Positions 53,701 to 62,758 of a stretch of DNA of 62,758 bases are shown piece by piece; position 1 is the stretch's first letter; every line of letters begins with the position of its first letter. Below the pieces are notes generated by a model. The model saw only the letters and a program-made list of their open reading frames with translations, had not been told where the DNA came from and did no database searches. Made by a program: the position numbers and the translations under genes. The stretch comes from Ruditapes philippinarum. Its lineage: Eukaryota. The stretch covers positions 186,001 to 248,758 of the forward strand of contig NW_026867152.1 of the NCBI RefSeq assembly GCF_026571515.1. The letters run 5' to 3'.

Positions 53701-54869
53701 ATGATTTATAAATGATTATGTGTTAAATTTATTACGTTATTCTCGTATTATTGTGATAAATTGTGACCTCTACTCCGCATTTTAAATAAAAAAAATGTAT
53801 ACATATTGGGATGCTGTTTAATTCTATTAAAAAACTTAAACTGGTTTCTTAACTTACTATTACATACTAATTATTGTTATTTTTATCAAATTATTTTCAG
53901 CAAATTAGTATGACGTTTTGTTTTGTTAAGGACTATATAATTGAACTGCAATACAATGGCATCGTATCAAACTAAAAATATATATTTGTGTAATCTTTCA
54001 CACTTTAGTAAATCAACAAGGAGAATGCAGTCAGTATTTATATAATAATATATTTTACAAAAGACAAATCATCTTAAATATTCACTTATATGCATTTAAT
54101 AAAAAAAATCCACGCAGTAATTGTTAGCGTTTGTCAATTATTCTTGGAAAGGGAGATACATGTAACAATAAGTGTGGCAGTTGTGTAATAAAATACAATA
54201 TAACACAAACCTGTAACATGTTCCTTTGTTAATTAAGTAGCTTTTAGAGCATATATTGTCAATATATAACTGGATGTTAATTATGTCCGGACAGATTTAT
54301 TGAATAATATCGTGCAGACATCACGCCTGCTGAACATGCATGTTTTGATTTTCAACTTACCTACTTAATATTCACTCACATTGTTTTCATTGATGTTTGT
54401 ATAATGAATTTAGATGCACAGGCTTTTTCTTTTAAAATTTATTATTTTGCTTTTGCAAAATGAGGTTTCCAGTTTATTGATAATGGCGTTTTGGCTTGTA
54501 GTTTACAGATTTGATATTTGATAAACATTTTTATAAAAATAACAGTTATGGAATGTGAAGGACGGTTGCATGGACAGACATAAAAGCAGTGAGTTTAGTA
54601 AACAGTGAGTCTAAACTGTTGCGTTTTAGGGACAGATATATTGCAAAAACCAAACGGAAAAATGATATGTCATGCATGTTATAATTCATTCAAACTATGT
54701 AGGTGAAACAAACCTGTAAAATAAATATGTCCTGTATAAAATATACTGTAAAGGTAAGCGTTATCTATAATATTCATACCGAGACTTTTTTTGTTGAGAT
54801 CTCACCGTTTGTTACAGTGCAATGCATTTAACGATTATATGAGGAAAAAAAGAAAATGATGACTTTCAG

Positions 54870-55420
54870 ATAATGGCTAACTCAATGACTATGACAGTCT
54901 TTCCGTTAAAAAGGAGGCATTGATTAAAACATGTGTTTTTGGCATCTTTAGGCACATTTATTATTATATAAATATTAAAGTTCTGCAACTTCAGTGTTTC
55001 TGTACGTATACACTAAGCCTTACCTGCATAATAGTTTGGGAACGTTTCTGTTTAGCATACATATGCACAGTGCGTTAACTGGAGTACAGGTGTTAGTTAC
55101 CCGCACTCCAGAGCATGCCCATTGATTGGCTCAATTTTGCTGGTGACAGCAGAGGAAATATCATATTCTGATGCTCGTTCATTGGTTTGTTTATTCTGGG
55201 TTTACTTATTGTGATAATAGGAAACGTGTCTTGATGTTTGACTTTGATACAAAAGAGAAAGAACACCAAAACACTCGACAATCTGATTCATTCTCAGGGA
55301 CTACGCCCCCTCGTACAAATCAGATAGCCTCGTGTTTCGATGCTCTTTCTATTACTAGATAAAGCTACTTGCACCCATTTCCGTGACGGTGTTAGTGGTA
55401 GTTTGTTTTTTACCCTCGTT
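54870..55420 (+). pseudogene. Decayed rhodopsin-class GPCR, prostanoid-receptor-like (TM1-TM6)
   Basis: Colinear fragments: IMANSMTMTVFPLKRRH*LKHVFLASLG (TM1-2), FCNF (54981), IVWERFCLA (55031; DRY-equivalent ERF), SMP/LIGS (TM4), FIGLFILGLLIVIIGNVS*CLTLIQKRK (TM5), LLAPISVTVLVVVCFLP (TM6, CFLP at 55404-55415). Multiple stops, frameshifts and deletions. Confidence 0.6.
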
Positions 55421-56744
55421 TAAGTTTATATTCAAGTCTCATCTAATCCGTGATCTATCCCAATGAGAGCGAGCGTTCTGCAACAAGAACTAATTTGTGT
55501 CACAAAATATAACGATCAGAAGTTTTTGAGAAATAACAACAGTCTAGCGAGAACAATATTGACAGTTGAGATGAACGAATGTATCTGTATATATTGTCAA
55601 TTGATTGCTACGTGCCTTCTAAAACCAACATCATCTGTGGAATTATTAAAAACTAATTAACCTTCTTGATAAGGGACATTAAAAAACACCTCTTGTGATG
55701 ACAGTAAGATTGCATGTGGAATGTATTAAACAATTCTATGTATTACTAAACGAATGTTTGTCGCATCATATATCTGCTATCTTTTAGAAGGCCACAAATA
55801 TGACTACTACATCTCACTATAATCGTAGAATAAATTCATAGAAACAAGTTTTCTTTCACTTTATAAAGCATTTTATAAAATTCATCAAATATTTCTTTAT
55901 CAAACGTTACAAATATAACACATTTAAGTTAAAGTATGTGCTTTATTTGTTACCAATCTATGTTTTAAAATGATATAGAGCGATTCTTGTGCTAAAGTTT
56001 TGTATCAATTATTCAGTCATAATTTTCTTATTAACATGTATTTCATTTTATTTTATATGAATTAAGCGAGACCCTCATAACATGATCTTTACTTTTACTC
56101 AAATGCAAATGGTAAAGAAACATCATGTAATACTGTGTACTTGATAAACAAATGTTGTGATCTAATTTCTTCAAATAATGAACTCAAATTCCCCACAAAG
56201 CGACAAAAAGCTTTGGGCTGGACGTGGTGTCGTCAGTAATGAGTTATTGTTATCTTTGCTATCAATTGTAATATTATTTTAGAGACGATTTGTCTGCTAG
56301 TTTTTACGTAGTTTTGATTATAATGTTTAGCAGTTTGAGTATAATTTTTTAGCCTTATACATGTGAGGATATTTAAAATATTACAATTGAATTCATTTAT
56401 AAAATACTGTCCGGCTAATGCACAGGGCTGTATTTAAGTAAAATATATATGGATAGTTCCTAATGTGGAAACTAAATTCGATTCGATACAAGTTACCAAA
56501 AATTGTACTTAAAAGCATATTTGTACAAGTAATCTTGTGGTAAAAAGATAAAAATTGTTCTATTAAAAGGACATGTTGTTAAGTCATTCAATCAAGGCTT
56601 ATGAACTTACTGTCCAGTAAAAATTACATATATATCTTTTTTTAAATAATTATACATATTCTTATTCATTTTGTTGTTGTTGTTGTTGTCGTTTTGTTAT
56701 TCTCTAAATTTTGCATTATATTTTGGATTGGTTTGGTATACACA

Positions 56745-56937
56745 TATTTATTTAAGCTCAATGGCGAAACAAGTTCTTGCAACTTATATATTAATCACTT
56801 TCGAGTCCACTTCCTGGTACAAACTAGTACTGGTGTCAAATGAAAAAACATGGTCGTGATCCGAGTAGAACTAGTACTAGACCCATGATCTCTGGGTTGA
56901 GAGGCAGACACCTTAACCACTAGGCCACCGCTCCCCC
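56745..56937 (-). mobile_element. tRNA-derived SINE
   Basis: Minus strand GGGGAGCGGTGGCCTAGTGGTTAAGGTGTCTGCCTCTCAACCCAGAGATCATGGGT (A box, damaged B box), body ACCAGTACTAGTTTGTACCAGGAAGTGGACTCGAAAGTGAT and AT-rich tail. Confidence 0.85.
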
Positions 56938-57989
56938 TTTTTATTATATTTTTTAAGTTTTGTGAACATATCAACACTTGATCAAACTATGGGTGTGTAT
57001 GTCATATGTTTGTTTGTTTTCTTGTTGTTTTTCTCTTTTTTTAAATACATTATGATTAAGGTGTCATTTCCACGCTATAGGTGGTCTACATATTATTATT
57101 GACTAAAGTTAAAGCAATAAAAGAATGATATGATATGTATACTTTAATGGCTCTAGCTATTAAGATATTAAGATATCACAATCTATCTCAATCTATTATG
57201 CTGATATACTAATATTGTGTTATCATGTCTGCCAGTATTGATGATATTACAGGTTATCAAGACGACATGTAATACCACGATACGTCACATAAAGGTGTTA
57301 CGTTCCTTTAAATGCCAATAAGCTAGACGCTTTATCAAAAACTAGCTGTAGTCATTAATCACCTAAGACGCAATAAATTTTAAGAATAGAACTTGCAGCA
57401 AAATGTAATTGATACATTATACCATTTTAAACTATCATTCAGTTTATTCATCATGGTTGACAATCGCATTTATTAAGTGCATGGCATATTGTTAAAAATG
57501 CGTATGAGATTTATTAAATTAATGCACAAGTTTTAATTTTCTTTACTGGAAAATGGAGTACAGACAGTCATGCAGAAAAAGTGTTTTTTTTTCACAATTA
57601 TTACGAACGAAAATATGTACAGAATGTAGACGATAATTTTTTTTAAACAAAAAATAATGCAAATGCAAGATTATTCATTTTATAGTTCTTAAAAGAGAAG
57701 TTGAGCAATTGCATGTGAACAAAATTCACAATATGTTTATAATATCTTTATAGCGTGCAGACGACGCATCTGATGTACGTATATACTCGTACAAAAACTT
57801 CATTTACCACTAAATAGCGAACACTATTTTCATTTAACGTTTCCTTCAATATTGGTCGCTGATATCATCGTTATTTCTTGCTTTAGGTTTACTTTAGTTA
57901 CCTACATTAGGATATTAAATATTGATGTAAAATACAACATTTTTACATGATTTTTATTCCTATGTTCAACATTTTACACATATTTTCAG

Positions 57990-58223
57990 GACATATCGTC
58001 TGAAAAGAAATGGAAGAATTGAGTAAAGAAGCAAATACTAGGAAATGACTCACAATTAATAATGTGTCTTTTCATGAGTGGTATTGGAGGTAAAAACACC
58101 AGCCTACAGTTGTATAAACTCTAGAACAACAGTGACTTTGTAAGGAAAGACAGGACGACAATCATGACAATGAAATGAAGTGCGTGACAACTTTAGCAGA
58201 CAACTAAACACTCAATATCGGAA
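57990..58223 (+). other. Possible isolated exon (non-coding or pseudo-exon)
   Basis: TATTTTCAG|G acceptor and GAA|GTAAGT donor enclose a purine-rich 234-nt block. The frames I translated contain stops, and no ORF is listed here. Confidence 0.3.
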
Positions 58224-58759
58224 GTAAGTTCGTACTTCCTTTGACCTTCAATAGGTAACAAAGCGTGTATCGAATGTTTGCAGGATTCTAAGTCATAATC
58301 ATTTCATGAATCATTTAATAAAGCTGAAGATGCATTTCTAAAAGTTCAACTTATTTATTTAAGAACAAAATTCATTATTATGTTAACAGGTGATTCCTTT
58401 CAGAAATAATTTGATTCTATGTTATAGAAAAAAGAATGTGTAGTTACAAGCATTACATTTACATTGTCAACAAATGTGTACTTTTCCGATGAAGTTGGAG
58501 TTAGACCTATGACAAATAAACATATTTGAAAAGCATTTAAAATCAGCGTTTACAAAAAATATTGTTGCAAATATTATGAATTAACTATTTCAGACTCTTT
58601 TCTCGTATATTTAAATAGATTCAACCATGAGTAAAATAGGATATAAATGAAACAAAAATGAAATTCAATATATATATTAAGTATGTTCCTTTTAAGCATC
58701 CCTATATACATATAACAAAAGTACTTGAGTTATGTTCAACAATTTCAATTATAATAAGT

Positions 58760-59362
58760 AACAAGAGCACCGCTAGGCGGGGCATTATATGCCCGAAAGT
58801 ACTTTAGTTGTAGGTTGATTGATGCTTGAATTATTGGGCGAAAACTGTTTTCTACCCAATATGGACAATCATCCTATGAAGTTTAAATTCTGTGGACCAA
58901 ATGGAACTTAAGTTATGCTCCGGAAACAATTTTCAGTTTTAGGGTAATAGTGACCTTGACCTTTGACTCTGTGACCCCAAAATCAATAGGGGTCTTCTAC
59001 CCAATATGGACAATCATCATATAAAGTTTGAAATGAAGTTTTTTGAATACTGTGGGCCAAATGGAACTTAAGTTATGCTTCGGAAACTAAATTGCTAACG
59101 GACGGACGGACGTGCCAACAATTAGGGTTTATGTGCTTTTTCTTTGATCTTTATGTGGCATTTTTCCCCATAAACCAGTAAAATCAACACATAAACCAGT
59201 CGGTTTATTGGATTTTCTTCTTTTTTTAACTAAAATTATGGACGGAATGAAGCTCATAGACCATTGGATGTTCGCCCAGACTGACGTACGGACGGACGGA
59301 CAGACAGACGGACGCCAGGGGGTATAACATAATATGTCCGAAATTTTTTCGGGCATATAAAA
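58760..59362. mobile_element. Helentron-associated element (HINE; pearl/CvA-like) with satellite-like core
   Basis: AACAAGAG start and 5' CGGGGCATTATATGCCCG hairpin. Core repeat with ~145-bp period (TCTACCCAATATGGACAATCATC at 58851 and 58996) containing GTGACCTTGACCTTTGAC. (GGAC/AGAC)n tracts at ~59098 and ~59288. 3' palindrome TATGTCCGAAA-TT-TTTTCGGGCATA. Confidence 0.85.
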
Positions 59363-60458
59363 ATGGTTCATAAATTAAAGTAAAGTGGTATAAGGACAGA
59401 TAATCAGTGTGCACATCCACTCAGGCTTCTTTTCTTGATAAGATACACTTATTTTCTTGAAATATGACAGACCCATGCCATCTCCTATTTATGAATTGAT
59501 GATTCTCTTGACTCGTATACAGACATTTCTTTACCAAATTGTCATGAACATTTTGCTGTATCGGCAACTGTTTATGTATCTGCTGGGTCGCGACCCACGA
59601 GAACAGCGCAGACTAAAAATAACTGGCACATGGCGTGCACATTTGACCATTCGGAAATTTATTGCATTTCTTCAAGAAAAGATGTTTATAGGTTTTATAC
59701 AAAATGAAAGATGGACAAGTCCATTGAAGGTATTTTAGAAAATTAAGGGTATAAAAGATGGACAAGTTCATTAAGATATAAGAAAGGTTATGGATAGCAT
59801 AAATCGATTGTTTTTTTTTTTTTTGTTTTTTTTTGTAAACGTTATGTCCGATAACAATATGCAATATGTTGCCTTATAAAGTGTTATATACATGTAGAAA
59901 TATTCGACATTTTGATATATGTGACTACAAGTAAACCTACATCAACAACCACAAATAACAGCAGTGACATCAAACTCGGACTTATATGTCTTTTTATAAA
60001 TTAATATTCTCGCTAAATGGAAACTTCAGATGGAAAAAAGGGTCCGCTATGTGGTAAAAGTAAATATGTTGTAAGTTAAGTACAGCAGATGTGCCTCTTG
60101 TACTCTATAAACCTATTATGCACATATTGTACAAACCGTTAAACGATTACATGCCATGGAAATGTCTGCATCTATTCTTCTAAAGATTTGATTAAATTAA
60201 CATTCTTGCAGTTGCATTATGTTTTACTAAACCTTTAGTCATTGTATAAGTTCTTTGACACTGAAAATATGTTTGTGACTCATAACTTTAACATTTGTAT
60301 TAATTTGTGTTTTAACTCTTATGCTTAATATATTGTTAATGGTAAGTTTATAGTCCATTTAAATAGCTTAAAAATTAACATAATTATTTGAAATGTCTTT
60401 ATAATAACATTATACACAATAATAGTATCCCATTTATGCAATTTAACCTTATATATTT

Positions 60459-62758
60459 AATACTATTACGGCATTTGTTATTTAACTGGATTACATGGTT
60501 GAAAGATAAACAACAGAACAAATAAACATCTCTGCCTAGGAGAGACTAAGGAACGGATTTTCAAAGGGTTGCAACACACGTGAATACAAAAGCAATCGTC
60601 TATCTTCTATGAGCAGCGGAATGATATATAAAAAAATAGCATATAATCGCAAACAATTAATGAGTTGAATAGCTACACACATCGCATTATTCATCTTTAA
60701 TAGGTCCTTAAGGATATTGCACTTAATTATATTATTCGAGATTTATTGCACAATAACAGAACGGAAAATGGTCTAGCGTAATTGTTGGTAATATCTTACA
60801 TTTTAGAAAATAAATCGTAATTTAGCTTTATGAATGTCCTGGACACCAATAATAGCATACTATTTGTTATTGACATAAAAAGGGAATTCATAACTTGCCC
60901 TTGACCTACATTCCTTGACAAATTATCCGTCATTTCGGTATAAGTCGTATTATATATCCAGTATCTGTTCCTAATCAGTTAGGTTTAAAGCTGTAAATGT
61001 TCATATTTACCAAACTGCGTAGCAATATTAAAAAGCTATATTTAAGAATGTGAAAATTGCGTAAATTGGAAAAATCAATGCATTTTGTGTGTAGAACTGT
61101 TAGCCTGTAGAATTTAAAAATAACTCACTACATTATTTGAATAGTCTTTTCTCTTTAGAGTATTTTTAATCTACTCTATGACGATTTTTTAAAAAGGCCT
61201 GGCTTGAAATATCTTTTAACATCAGTTATAATTTAAAAATAAATACCACGACATAGTTAATGATAGTTTCCTTTATGTTGCTTAGCTACATAATTTATCA
61301 ATTGCTATGCTAAAATTAATTGCGGAAGCTCATAATATTGCTATAATTTTGCCATTAAATTTACATTTATATCACTTTACATGCGTTAATAAAGTATCAA
61401 TTGTGTTTAACTGTTTGCTCCATTAAGAAAACATGAAAGTTCTAAATATAGCTTTACCACATGCAGACACTCGTATTATGTTGCAGCATATTAAAATATC
61501 AGTTTCTAACGTCGAGTTTAGAAGAGCAGCTATGTTTTAGCATTACGTAATGTTTAATAACACCAGAATGTCGCTATATACATGTATAAGGACTTTTGCG
61601 TATTGTGTGACGTTTGTCACAGAATCATGACAACCGGCTTAACAAACAATATTCAAAGGTTTGCTTAAAGTGACAATAAATTTAATATTTGATATATATT
61701 CTTTACTAAGAAAGAATTACCTTAATTCGATCTGTTATAGAGAATGCCGCTTTCCATGCATAGTTTGTAGATTCCCTTATTCGAGTAAGACATATTCAGT
61801 AAGTTTTTTTTCTAAATTTCAATAAATCTCTGTAACAAAAGTATTTTACCAACAAGATGAGCATAGTCTATAATTAAGGGATCTTTAGGTACTTGAAATT
61901 TCAATAGGTTACCTATATTATCCATATCTTTGTACTCAGTACCGTGTAAAAATGTGTAATAATTGCATGTTTTCATAAGTGCACGTAATTTTAAAGTAAC
62001 AATATATCAGTGTTTGTTTGTTTGTTTATTTGTTTGTTTAAATAAAACACATCATAATAAAAGTTTTCATAATCAAGCCCGAAATAACGTTTTAATTAGA
62101 ACATTGGAAATAAAAATTACATCGTCAAATTCTAGACTATGATTACATGTTAACAGTGTATGAAAAATTTGTCTCATGTATACTTAATAAGCTGATAGCG
62201 TGCAAACGCCATATCTGCATTATTTTAATTATGATTTCTTCACTTCCGTAACTCATTCTTCATACTATTTTCATTTTGTTTATTTTTTCATCATCATAAA
62301 GGATTTTTAATTCCTTTTTCAGTTTTCTTTTGCTCTTATTCTATTTTGACTACCTGCCTTCTTTTCAGAATATAATATCTTCCATATTTGAGTTAAGTAT
62401 GTATGCACTTGACACTGATTCTTGTTACAAACCAATAATATTAATTAGTTTGAGCTATCATTTGTAGAAATCTTAAATCTTGTCTGAGTCATCTTAGCCT
62501 TGAATAAAGATCCAATTAAATAGCTATACGTGAGTTCATTCACGTATGTGGGCTGTAAACAATTTAATCTCGATATTATGATAAGAACTTATGTACTTGG
62601 TAATGGTAGATGTACATGTTTATGATTTACAAGACGTACTAGTTGAAACAAGGAGAATATGTTCTACTGATCTTTTACAATATTTCCAGATAAGAAATAA
62701 TCAGAGCGGTGAAGGCAAAAACATATTTTTCTTGCAATCTGGTGTTTTCCATGCATTT
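60459..62758 (+). repeat. Segmental duplicate of 47024-49703, running off the window end
   Basis: Long near-identical stretches, e.g. GAGTTAAGTATGTATGCACTTGACACTGATTCTTGTTACAAACCAATA in both copies. Confidence 0.95.

Noticed and set aside
59457-59738. 93-aa ORF as the GPCR TM7 exon
   Set aside because: No DPxxY/NPxxY motif, and the 3' part looks repeat-derived (AAAGATGGACAAGT twice).

Overview
AT-rich animal genomic DNA, most likely a bivalve mollusc (inferred from the repeat families), with one N-gap (36756-36894) and no intact host gene. Most of 1-49700 and 60450-62758 is a mosaic of 3-5 diverged, partial copies of a multi-kb unit. Part of that unit shows traces of a former minus-strand reading frame. 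Because sister copies supply the 'empty' sites, many insertions can be delimited almost to the base. These include two Neptune-type Penelope-like elements (PLEs), each ending in a minimal hammerhead ribozyme, and one of them carries an extra C2H2 zinc-finger ORF reachable by a -1 slip at A-AAT-TTA. There are also three Naiad-like PLE 3' remnants, a CR1-group LINE fragment, two tRNA-derived SINEs and two Helentron-type HINEs. DNA elements are a TTAA-type MITE, an ISL2EU-like transposon with a SWIM-finger ORF plus an unknown spliced gene remnant, and a 6-bp-TSD element with an array of 20-bp palindromes. A decayed prostanoid-receptor-like GPCR lies at about 54.9-55.4 kb. All family assignments come from motif recognition by eye, not from database searches.
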